DNA of 64,000 nt, taken from Glycera tridactyla. Taxonomy: Eukaryota. The DNA lies in the NCBI GenBank assembly GCA_965644265.1, contig OZ286459.1:128030001-128094000 (forward strand), in the 5' to 3' direction. Positions 22,997-34,431 of this stretch are shown one piece after another. The first letter of the stretch is position 1. Each line of letters begins with the position of its first letter. The position numbers and the translations under genes were made by a program. The notes beneath the pieces are model-generated. The model saw only the letters and a list, made by a program, of their open reading frames with translations. It searched no databases and was not told where the DNA came from.

Positions 22997-24799
22997 GGTT
23001 AGGCACAGATTGGCTGAGGGAGCTAACTGGGGAATTTGAGAGGAGATGAAGGTGGTGTTGAAGGGTTAAATGAACCAGCACCTATTGCCCTGTAGCCACA
23101 AATAGCATGAATTTCTTATAAATGAACATGAATGAGTGCTCATTCATGAGTAAGATTGGAAGGGTGTACTTAGCAAAGTTGCTAAATTAACAGGGTAATT
23201 TTTCACCAGTAGTCAGCATAAATCTCTACATTATTTTTTTTCATGGACACTGGTAGACTCTTTTTTGAATATGTCCACAGCTATTTTGATCTTCCAAGAG
23301 TGACATCATAGGATTGATAAAGCCAGTAAATTTTGAAAAATTAAATCAGAAAGTGTCTGCCATCTTGCTGGAAGTTTCAGAACATAAACCTTTGAGAATT
23401 TTTTTTTTTTTTTTGGGGGGGGGGGGGTTCAAAATATTCAATCATATTTCTCATAATCCTGATTAATGTCATTTGCACCATTGATTAAAAGCGTGTATGT
23501 AGCGTGAATATAAATAAAAGTCTTTGAATTTGAACTTGAATTTGCATCAATAAGGAGCAGTCTAAAAGTAGAATGGGGACAGTGATTAATGGAAGTTGTA
23601 GCTGAAATCGAGGACTGGGTGTTAGCTGCAGGAGAAATGGGAAGATCATGGGTATCGGCATGAACAAAAACGATTACAAAGGTGCGACATAAAAAACGAA
23701 CGCCGAGAGCTGCGGGATGTGCGAGTGAGCTCACGACATTCTGGACACAGTTCACAGATAAACGGGCCAGTTTTTTAGGTCATAATCTGCGTATGAAGTA
23801 CGAGATGAATTACATAAAGAAAGAGAGGAAACGGAGTGACAATGGAAATGGCACTCCATGATGCACTGCTATTACGCAACGCTCGTGGTAAAAATCAGTT
23901 TTGAAGTGCGCCTGTGAACCACGTTGGAGTTACTGCTTGAATGGTTCGCCAATGAGGCCGAGTTTGCCTGCAAAACTGGGAGTGCGCCCTGGACCGGCAT
24001 CGGGTTACATCCTCTACATGGTCGTGGTTGGAAAAACACACAGTCCAGGCACCAACGGCACCACGCTGCATGTTTTTATCGGCTAGTTTTTGATGTGTCT
24101 GTCATGCATTGGAAGTCGTTATTAATCAAGCACCAAGGAGTTGATGATGACGTTGTCGGCTGTGTAAAGTCAGCAATGAACTTAATAACGCTTACTTTAC
24201 AAGATCTCAATAGCATTTAAGTGTGCATTTGTGCATGTGGGAAATGAAAGTGCACATTAAACAGGAGAAGTGGAGAGGAAGAAGAAGGTGAAAGGGGAGC
24301 AAAAATGAAAAGTGAACATGTGAATGAGTTGTGAGATGGAGAGAGTGTGTAAATGAACCTGCAAATGAGGGGGTGGGGTGGGTGGGGGTNNNNNNNNNNN
24401 NNNNNNNNNNNNNNNNNNNNNNNNNNNNNNNNNNNNNNNNNNNNNNNNNNNNNNNNNNNNNNNNNNNNNNNNNNNNNNNNNNNNNNNNNNNNNNNNNNNN
24501 NNNNNNNNNNNNNNNNNNNNAGGGAGGGAGTGAGCCTAAATGGTAAGTGAGTTGCTGAGTGAGTGTGTATAGGGGTGAGTGTTGTGTAACATAGAGTAGG
24601 ACTTACACTAAGGAACCTCAGTTGAGAGACCACCAGTTCTGTAAAGACCACTTCTAAGACCACCTCTTCTAAGAAATGAAATATATCTTTGACGATAACC
24701 AGCAGCTCTGTATGACAACATTTCATCCACTTGGGTTACTTAGTTTTCATCACTTTCAATTCATACGGTGAACACTGTTACCCTATACATATACTGCAC

Positions 24800-24818
24800 A
24801 TATGCACACACACACACG

Positions 24819-24894
<76 letters not shown>

Positions 24895-25043
24895 TGAGTA
24901 AGAAAACTTCTGCTCATTGACAACCTCCCCCCCCCCCCCCTCCCACCCCCCTAAAAAATTCCTTCTTTTCTATAACTATATATAGTAATTGTGGAGATGC
25001 CTGCCTTCAATATCACCCTGTTTGAGTGTTGAATCTGGTGTGA
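24800..25043 (-). repeat. Inverted paralog of 3039-3885 lacking the 644-bp insertion; includes (CA)n and poly-C
   Basis: The reverse complement reads TCACACCAGATTCAACACTCAAACAGGGTGATATTGAAGGCAGGCATCTCCACAATTACTATATATAGTTATAGAAAAGAAGGAATTT..., matching both flanks of 3106-3749. Confidence 0.92.
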
Positions 25044-25683
25044 CTGAACTTACTAAGACACATTCGAAACTGAGCCAAATGTTAATATGCACCGACAGTT
25101 CCTAATTGAAACAATGCAGAATGATTTAATCCTATTTGACAAAAACCTTGTATTTTCTTGCCATGTATTTTTTTCTCAGTGTGAATGAGCAGGCTGACTG
25201 TTTGGATTCAGAACAGCATTCCCGGTTGACATGATAGGGGAGGGGGAGGGCGAGGAGTGGGTGAGGCAGTGCCTTATTCCATGCATAACTCATCGTCTCT
25301 CCCATGCAAAACTTACTTTTGTTAAATAACTTTTCACAAAATATACAATTGTTCTCTTCCAGAGAATCAGATTCAAATTTTATATGAAGCTGGAATGCTG
25401 TGTTTCATCAAAGTGTGGATTGATGAATAGACAGAGATGTACAGATATCTAGCCTGTCTATGAAGACCGCTCTTGGTGACATTAAAAACTGGTTTCAATA
25501 CAATATATTGCAGTCATGGGGTAGGGTAGTTATTAGGCTATTATCTAGATGTTGTCTTAAGCAGGTTTGACTGTACTTAAGTGAAACTGATATCATCAAA
25601 TTGTATTTGTAATCAATGATAAGAAGTTTCAGAACTTGCTGATGAGAGTTTAGAATGGTGAATGAAATACCAATAGAGCTATA

Positions 25684-25829
25684 CTGTGAAACTCCCAATG
25701 AGATTCCACTTCCAATGGGAGACCGCTTCTGCAGCGCAGCTTTTGTATTTGAAAATAGTCATATTTACCTCTTCTGAGAGACCGCTTTTTGGTGACATAC
25801 AGGGCAGTCTCTCGTCGCAGGTTTCACTG
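25684..25829 (+). mobile_element. MITE family B copy
   Basis: TA-CTGTGAAAC start, GGGAGACCGC and GAGAGACCGC repeats, CAGGTTTCACTG-TA end. Confidence 0.75.
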
Positions 25830-28800
25830 TATTGCAAGTGAGATTCAGATTGAGATTCTTTCATTTAGAATGGACTAGGACAGTACTTGTTGGTCAATGC
25901 ATTTTTTGTGTGCCTCTGCTTTCAAAAACGTACAGAGTATTGAGTCGAAGAGCAAACTTCAGAGGAACCTGTCAACTCCATTATATCATATCACTATAGT
26001 ACCCAATGAGAGTACTGCTCTCCAGAAGTTTCGGTAGTACTATTTCCAACCACTGATGCCAACCAATACGATTTCGGAGTAGCAACTACTCTTTTCAGGC
26101 CATAATTTTTGCATTCGAGGATGATGCTACTCTAAAATTCAAGATTTATCACTATTCCATTGCAAATAGCGGGACTACTCTTTGAAATTGGGAATACTAC
26201 TATTTTTGTCCTTTGAAGGNNNNNNNNNNNNNNNNNNNNNNNNNNNNNNNNNNNNNNNNNNNNNNNNNNNNNNNNNNNNNNNNNNNNNNNNNNNNNNNNN
26301 NNNNNNNNNNNNNNNNNNNNNNNNNNNNNNNNNNNNNNNNNNNNNNNNNNNNNNNNNNNNNNNNNNNNNNNNNNNNNNNNNNACTCCATAGTCTATTTCA
26401 CACCATCAGTTGGTTTCCTTCCAAGGTAGAAATTGCCTGAAATGTACGATGGAATGAGGCCCCGCTGATTATCACAGATCTGGCATTTTGAGGGAATAAA
26501 TTTTGGCTCTAACAAAGCATATCTAGGCCAAAACATCAAACTCTCAGTGGTTGTAACAGACTTTTAATTTGCATTGCTTACAGGCTATGGGCTGTGGTTA
26601 TTCAATCCTTCAAACACAACCTGTCTGTATTCATTTTACAAAACAATTAGTGCATTCATGGGCATCATCTTTGATGTAACATTGGATAAAATGCCAGCAA
26701 CATCATACATTGTTTCAGCCATATGCAGCCTGTTTCCCCCAATTACTCATCCTGCATCACTTCGTAGTATTTTCATTCATGTATTGGAAATCATTCACGA
26801 CAAGTTAACACTCCCAGATGAATCGGAACAGCCATATTGGCATATTCTTGTGAGATATAGCTTGGGACCTCGACCCCACAACCTGTTTGGTGATACTGGT
26901 GAATTTTCACCACTGTCATATTGAAACGATATTGCCAGCATCTGAGTTAAGAATTCAGCATTGTCAGACAATTTGTCAGACATGAATGTGCCTGTTGTCT
27001 GTATATTACCTGTTAATTTAGACTCGCTGTTAACTGAATTTGAGCCATCTCGTCTGACAATTAGTTAGACAGGATTTTGAATTACATCTTACATCTGGCA
27101 TGTCAGACACTTGACATCAATAATATAGCTTCATTTTGTTTGATAATGTTTTCTTTTTCTTTATTTGAGGAGAGATTAGATAGAAGTTGAAAAGATATTT
27201 ACTTGATGGTAGATGAAGTCACAATAAAATTATTATCCCAACAAGCACCCAAACTAGTTTCACTCACCAAGCGTGATCTCCTTTCTCTTACCTTTGATGG
27301 AAGGTCAGTGTGGTAATGTGTATGATTGACATGATTGAAGTGGAGAGGGGATTGCCGCTATTTAACTGAATGGTGTAGTTATATCTGCCTACCAAAATGA
27401 CTCAAATTGACATTAGTGAACTGAGTGATGACCAATGGAACTGAACTGTTGGTCCACTGAATGTGTATATCTTGGTTTTGATACTTTGAAGATGTCGCTA
27501 TATTTTTGTCTGATGAGTGCCCTAAGATACAAATAAAAGAATATGCCACATTCAAAAATAACTTAATGAGGAATTGCCAAAGTAGAAGTTGGAACTCTCC
27601 ATGTTGATTCCACCCCAATTGCTCCAAAAATGCCTATTTTTGCAAATCCTCATAAGAATTGTCAGGTTTTGTTTTCCACTAGCATTTACCCCATAAAGAA
27701 TTTGGAATTTCAATGATAATGTGCTTCTTCTGCTGAGTCTTCTGTACAATCCATGTGTATGAGGCAGAAGAGGGCCAGTATCTGAAACCAGCAGTCTTCT
27801 TGGCCGGGGTGTGGTTGAAATGTCAAGCCAGTTAAATAAATAAAACAGTTGAGATTTTCATTTGTAAGTAGCTCAATTAATTGGAAACATCTGAGAGGAC
27901 AGTATGGCTGTGACAGATAAGCAGTCTCCCAGAATACTCTGGGGCTTTGACTCTTTTCCACTGGCTGAGGCAGGCAGGATTATCACATTGTAAAAATAAG
28001 CCTTTTATCTGTGATAATATTTGGGCTGGCGGGGAAGTTGTTCTCACCCCTGCTGAAATGTAAATTTACACAAATTATTGCTGTTAGCCAGATCCCTGGA
28101 TGCATTTGTATGAGCAACCTGTTTTATGTGAGTGGTTTTTGCCATTCGGTAGTCTGTTGTGTCACTCTTGAATCCCCAGATATATGAATAGGGAGTTCAA
28201 CCAATATCCCGGGGAAATGATATAGTCTTGTAATATTGGTGAAGATATTAATTCCAACTGTAATTCTTTTCTATGGTATCATATGAGATAGCTGGAGTTG
28301 ATGCGGCATTGAGCTTGAATTACCATTCAAAGTTGGGATAGGGAGATGTCAAATGTGTTCTAAGGTATAAAAGCAAGAGCATGCATAATTACTGAGGAAA
28401 ATCACAATATTTGTTCGCTCCACCGTGTCCAAAATCAAAATATCAGAGAGCCATCATTCATGATATCTAGTTCCTCTTAGCAGTTGAATGGGGAACCTCC
28501 ATGGAATCACATAAAGTTTTGTGAATAAATCTTAATTTTATCCATTGACTGCATTCAGATGTGGTGTTCAAATGGTCAATTTGACCTGTAAAATTCAGTA
28601 TACATAACATCTCTGCTACCCTCTCCACCTATTACAAATTAGAAATTAATGAGAGGGTTACTCAACTAGCCCTGGCCACTGAACATGCCTGAAATCTGCC
28701 ACCTGGTCACATATACTGCATAACTTGTGTGGGACTATTCACCAGGTGACACTGTTGAGTAATTATGTCAATTGCTCTGATGTAAGCTAACTGTTGATTG

Positions 28801-29059
28801 GCTGGTTGACAAATAGATCAATTTACCATACTGCACACTTGACTGCCATGATAAATATGTCTGACTGCCACTGATAACACTCCATGATTTGCTTTCGCAC
28901 TCTGCTTGTTTTCGATGTTTCAGCCTTCAACCCCAATTTTGGCTTCCATCCATCGATAGCTATCCCAATTATGTGAAGAAGAATATCATAACATCGGAAT
29001 CAACTGATATGAAGTGTATGCCATTGTATGTAGTACTCACTAGTGTTGGATTTCCAATA

Positions 29060-29230
29060 CTGTGGAATGAGAAACTCCCTGATGGGAGACCACCTTCTAT
29101 TGTAGACCACTCTGTCAGGGCAGCTTTTCTATTTGACATAGTTAAATATACTTCTGAAATTAGGCCACCTACTTGGAGAGACCACAATTTGGTGACATCT
29201 AGGCAGTCTCTCATTCCAGGTTCCATTTTG
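29060..29230 (+). mobile_element. MITE family B, degenerate copy
   Basis: GGGAGACCAC, CTATTTGACATAGTTAAATATAC and GAGAGACCAC blocks are colinear with the reference copy. Confidence 0.65.
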
Positions 29231-29298
29231 ATGAATGCTGCTGAGTCCCAATAGTGAGTCTGAGGTTTTCAGCTCTACATCCTAGCCATATACATGTA

Positions 29299-29469
29299 CA
29301 AGCAAACCTTTTGAGACCACCTCACAACAAAGACCCCCTATCTGAAAATGTCACCCTAACCTGCAATGGTGATAGTATTTTCTACAGTCAATGACCTCCA
29401 AAGGCCACCTGCCTACAGAGACCACTATTAGGTGTTATTTAAGCTTGCTTTTGTAGACAAGTTTGGGTG
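29299..29469 (+). mobile_element. MITE family A, older copy abutting the next one
   Basis: GAGACCACC and GATAGTATTTT blocks; it ends at the TA (29470-29471) that precedes the copy at 29472. Confidence 0.65.
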
Positions 29470-29471
29470 TA

Positions 29472-29649
29472 CAGTCGAACCTCCTCTAAAGACCACCTCT
29501 CTATAAAGACCACCTCCCTATAAAGACCACCCTCTGCTGCGACCGTGGTAGTATTTTCAACAGTAAATGACCTCTCTATAAAGACCACCTCCTTATAAAT
29601 ACCACTTTTCGATGCGACCGGAGGCGGTCTCTATAGAGAGGTTCGACTG
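29472..29649 (+). mobile_element. MITE family A copy, 178 bp
   Basis: TA-CAGTCGAACCTC ... GAGGTTCGACTG-TA; near-identical to 13152-13329. Confidence 0.92.
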
Positions 29650-30613
29650 TATTTCAGAATCATAGTCATGCATTTCCCATTGTAGCCTTCATCAGTATTG
29701 TGGTGATGGAGGTGTATGGTATCTTATGATTTTTTAATGGAAAAGGCATGTGCTTGGGCACATCCACATCATATGTATATCATTTGGTGTGAGCCAATTC
29801 TGTGTGACCTAAGTTCATTGAGAGTTGCTCCTTCACCATTGACCTGTGATTTGATAGGTTAGAATGTGGTCAATTCAGCCATGTATTCATCAAAGCAGTC
29901 TGATTTGCCATCAATGATATTTATTTATATTTTTACCTAATACCATGTACTTATCAGTAAATATATTTAGTACTGATTATTATCTTATGAGCTTACTACC
30001 AATCTGCAGCTACTTCGGTGAGTAATTGAAGGCATTCAAAGGTGAAGGTCGTGTAGAGGTCATCAAATCTGTGGCGAAGTTCATGTCTGTCTGTTCAGGG
30101 ATGAATAAGTCGGAAGTGGTAACAATGGCAATTTATCATCCCATTGTGAAGATAATAATGATATAAAAAGAGATTTGTGTATTTTGCAAGAGTGTGTACA
30201 GAGGGCTCAGCCTGTTGAGATTTTCAAAATGGCTCAGGTGTACTTTCTGGGAATTACAACATTTATGACAATATATCAGCAGTGAAGTTCTTGGCATCTT
30301 ATAATCCAACCAGGACACTGATTTGTGAGAGACTTATTTTTGTGACTATTGCGAGGGATTTTAGTAAGAAGTGTATGACAGAAAGTGGTTTGTGACTGTA
30401 AATGTAGGTCCGTAAAACCAAGGTAGGTTCCCAACTTCCTGTATCTCCAACCAGCTTAGCTGTCTTCTTACTTGACTTTATTACAAAAGATTGCCACTGT
30501 CTTTATTCTACACTACAGATACCACTGAATCTATGAAATATCACCCCTTGACAAATCAACCAATGAGATACCAGCATAGAGGGTATCAGCACCCTGGAAT
30601 ATCAAACAAAATA

Positions 30614-30759
30614 TAGTTGAACCTGTCTAAAGGCCACCTTCAGTCACATAAAAAAGGTAGCCGTTATAGAGAGGTCATTCGCTGTTGAAAATACTATCGT
30701 GGCCGCAACTCGGGGTGGCCTTTATAGAGAGGTGACCTTTATGGAGAGGTTGTCTCCTG
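30614..30759 (-). mobile_element. MITE family A copy
   Basis: TAGTTGAACCTG start, TGTTGAAAATACTATC core, GTGGCCTTTATAGAGAGG repeats. Confidence 0.75.
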
Positions 30760-30844
30760 TATGTATATACAATAGTACCTGTAAAGAGCAAGCATATTTT
30801 CTTGAACATATTCCCACCATTCATCTACTGGTCTATCTGCAACC

Positions 30845-31045
30845 AGCTAGCACCTGTCATGAGGGACCAAATGTTTAGGGATCAAGGGTGCTTGCTTGTT
30901 ACAGGTTTCACTGTATAGCTCGAGAGACCACCTCTCTACGAAGGCCAACTGCCTATAAAGGCCACCTCAGGTGTGACCATGATAGTATTTTTGACAGTAA
31001 ATGACCTCTCAATAGAGGCCACCTGCCTATAAAGGCCAGTCTTTC
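30845..31045. mobile_element. Short family-B-like element (to 30913) abutting a partial family A copy
   Basis: CAGGTTTCACTG-TA at 30902-30915, followed directly by GAGACCACC / AAAGGCCACC / GATAGTATTTT blocks. Confidence 0.6.
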
Positions 31046-32091
31046 CGACTTCTACTTTGGCAATTCCTCATTGAATTATTTTCAACTGTATATATTGTAT
31101 AGGCACAACTCCATAGTTTGAATCCTTCATCTATGGTATAAAAGCCTCAACATACTAAATTCTGGAGGAGATTTCTTTGATCTCACTGACCACCACACAA
31201 CAGTGTTGGTTGGAGTAATCAGGTGTAATTGATTGATATTAAACGAGTAAACCATAGAACCTGTCTGCTCGTCTGCCTGTCTGTCTACCAGTGAGTGAGC
31301 AATTGAGTGAGTGGTCACTCTGATCCCCTCCCCTCCCTCCACTGGGCTGGCAGATTGCAGGAGGAGTAATTACAATCACATTGTATATTTACAATCAATT
31401 CAATTGAAAATTAAGTGGTGACATTGTAAGCTCAATGCTTAACAATACTTCTTAATTGGCATTTGCCAGTGTTTCTTTCAATACATCATCCTAATGTGGG
31501 CAGGTATAACTATTTTATTAGTCCTTTGATTGTACCTTAATTCCGGGAAGTATTAACTGTGAGAGGGTGATCTAGAAGTCTGCTATACCCCCATCACCCA
31601 GAAGTTGGTCTCGAATCAGAGGTGGTCTGTCACCATGGGTTATTTCTTACAGTGAAAACTGTGATGTGGGACCACTTCAAATGGCATCAGCATGATGTGA
31701 TTTTACAAAACATGTGGTCTCTTATTGGAGATATAATTTGCTTTCATGTAGAAAGTGTACTTTTATCATTTACATGATTGATCTCTGAAAAGTTCTTTGT
31801 TTTTTAGGACAATTGTAGGAAACCACAGTATAATAGAAAAGGGGATTGTATCTTGATTATTATGTTTTTTAGATTTTAGAATTTGTTTTTTTTTTGTAAG
31901 TGAGCAAATTCCATCCCAGGCATATACATCGTTGAAATGTAGTCTCTCAAGAGAGGTGCTTCCTGGTTGCTTGTATGTTGACAACGATAGAAAGGTATTA
32001 TGAGAAAAGCAGTTGTCAATTTTACGATTTTCCTCATCACAGGTGCATTCATTGCAGGTTGCACTGAATTGGACTATTGAATGTGCTCATG

Positions 32092-32258
32092 CAGTGAAAC
32101 CTGTGATGAGAGACCCTAAACGAGAGACCATCTTTGACAGGAGACCACTTCTCCAGGGCAGCTTTTCTATTCATACAGTCAAATATACCTCCAACGAGAG
32201 ACCACCTCTTGACAGAACGGGTTTTGGTGACATTTAGGTGACATCACAGGTTTCACTG
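32092..32258 (+). mobile_element. MITE family B copy
   Basis: CAGTGAAACCTGTGATG ... CATCACAGGTTTCACTG-TA termini. Confidence 0.85.
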
Positions 32259-32518
32259 TAGTCTTGGAAATCTACTGTGATGTGATTCCCCAGCAGTGCA
32301 GGGATCATAGTGATGATATGGCTCCACAGTTATGATATCCCTGCATAGTAATGATATGCCTATGGCATATAAAGGCACCATACTATGATTAGCAGTATGC
32401 TACTTAGAATTCAGAACCAAGACAGTCTCACAGAAGACATTTTCGTAAATTAAGGTTTCCATAAACATAGGCCTTATCATCCATTTGATTGGATATATTT
32501 GTCGTTCTATTGGATATA

Positions 32519-32696
32519 CAGTGAAACCTGTCTTGGGAGACCCCTCTTTTGGGAGACCACCCTCTAATGGGAGACCGCTCTTTGTCGGCTATTCTCTATC
32601 AGACATAGTAAAATATACCTCCAATGAGAGACCACTTCTCTTGAGAGACCACTTTTCGTTGGCGTCTGGGGCGGTCTCCCAAGACAGGTTTCACTG
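32519..32696 (+). mobile_element. MITE family B copy, 178 bp
   Basis: Same perfect 24-bp TIR as 21468-21645, TA on both sides. Confidence 0.92.
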
Positions 32697-33780
32697 TATA
32701 TGTTTGATTGGATGTATCTGTCGCAGCTCTTGTATCCACCATTGGCTGTACATGTTAGTCTTGTGTTTAATCACTTTATGTGATACTTGTACTCAAATAA
32801 TTATATCTGGCACTTATCTTGGCTATCATGACTTCACAGCCTGTTTATGACACTGAATCATACAAATAAACAATACTGTTGGAAACTCCTCTTTTCACAT
32901 TCAGAAACTCTGTCATTTCACGTTTGATTTGCCTTGGATCAGGGTAACTGAAATGAGAGGAAGAGTGGAGGATATTGAGTAGCCTACATGTATTTGATTG
33001 CATAATAACCTTGAACTTTCCATTGATCTATTTGGTAGAGGGCTGCTTTTGTAATTGAAAGGAATGCAAAGGCATGATGGAACTTACTTGAATATCCCAT
33101 TTACAATCAAATACATTTTCCCCTTGTTGAATTTCTCTAAATTTCCCCTTTCCATGTACATCCATTGGTTGTCCACCCCCATTAATTCTCCCCTGAGTTT
33201 GCAGCAGATTTGAGGCTTTGAATGGGATGCTTGATTTAACATGTATTGCTTTGTGGCCAATGAAAGGAAGACACACCAGTAGAAGTGCCTGTCTGGTGAA
33301 CAGTAGAAGTTCCGTGGTTGACCCGTGTAAAGGATTCTGTGCAAGTTCCCTCATCTGCCACCAGCTGGCATTCTTTCTTATGCAGGCTTGTGTAATTGGC
33401 GAGACAAGCAGGCTGACAATTTGCCTCTAGGAAGATTCTGATTTAGTCACCAGCATACAAAATGGCTCTCACGTTTTGACACTATTCATTCTCCAGTGCT
33501 GCCAACTATTAGTTTTTCAAAGGGGGGGGGGGGTTAGTTTCTATGATCCTTGCACATGAGAAGTACATCATATAATTTCATTATGAAAACGGGAAGTTGC
33601 GAGGCTGGACGGGATGTATTGAGAACTCTTCAGTCACATGTAATCAAGCTTGGGTGGAAGGCACGAAACATCACTCAATCAATCAATCAAGGATGGTGCT
33701 GCAGAGATATTCTTGGCCTTGAGAAAAAGACTTGCTCCTAAATCATGACATTCTATGTTCATTCCTATCTCAGGCTACAT

Positions 33781-33915
33781 CCGTGAAACCTGCAACAAGG
33801 AGACCCCCTGACGAGACCAACTCTGACGGAGGACCGCTTGCTTCCTTCCGCACGGCAGTCTTCCTATTTGAGATAGTCATATATATCTCCAAGAGAGACC
33901 ACTTTCTATCTCAGG
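33781..33915 (+). mobile_element. MITE family B, partial copy
   Basis: CCGTGAAACCTG start, GAGACC repeats, CTATTTGAGATAGTCATATATATCTCC core; no right TIR seen. Confidence 0.55.
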
Positions 33916-34431
33916 CTACTAATGAAGCCCAAAATCTGGACTGAACTGAGAACATATTGCCCCCTCAGTTGGTCGTAGGTCGAGAATGGAATCAGTGAGA
34001 GATTTTTGATGTGTGAATACTACATATATAGAANNNNNNNNNNNNNNNNNNNNNNNNNNNNNNNNNNNNNNNNNNNNNNNNNNNNNNNNNNNNNNNNNNN
34101 NNNNNNNNNNNNNNNNNNNNNNNNNNNNNNNNNNNNNNNNNNNNNNNNNNNNNNNNNNNNNNNNNNNNNNNNNNNNNNNNNNNNNNNNNNNNNNNNNNNN
34201 NNNNNNNNNNNNNNNNNNNNNNNNNNNNNNNNNNNNNNNNNNNNNNNNNNNNNNNNNNNNNNNNNNNNNNNNNNNNNNNNNNNNNNNNNNNNNNNNNNNN
34301 NNNNNTTTCAAATTTCAGAATCTTACTTATTTTGACCAACTTGTAAGGTTTTGTAAGCGACACCTGTTTCCTTTGAAGCCATGAATGTGTATGCACTGCA
34401 TGCACACACGCCACACACACACACACACACA

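Noticed and set aside
22436-23065. piggyBac-like element TTAA-CCCTT ... AAGGG-TTAA
   Set aside because: The inverted match is only about 9/13 and such short ends are common in AT-rich DNA; not supportable without other copies.
26574-26924. 116-aa + strand ORF
   Set aside because: No recognisable domain and no convincing donor site; the length is within what chance can give in 64 kb.
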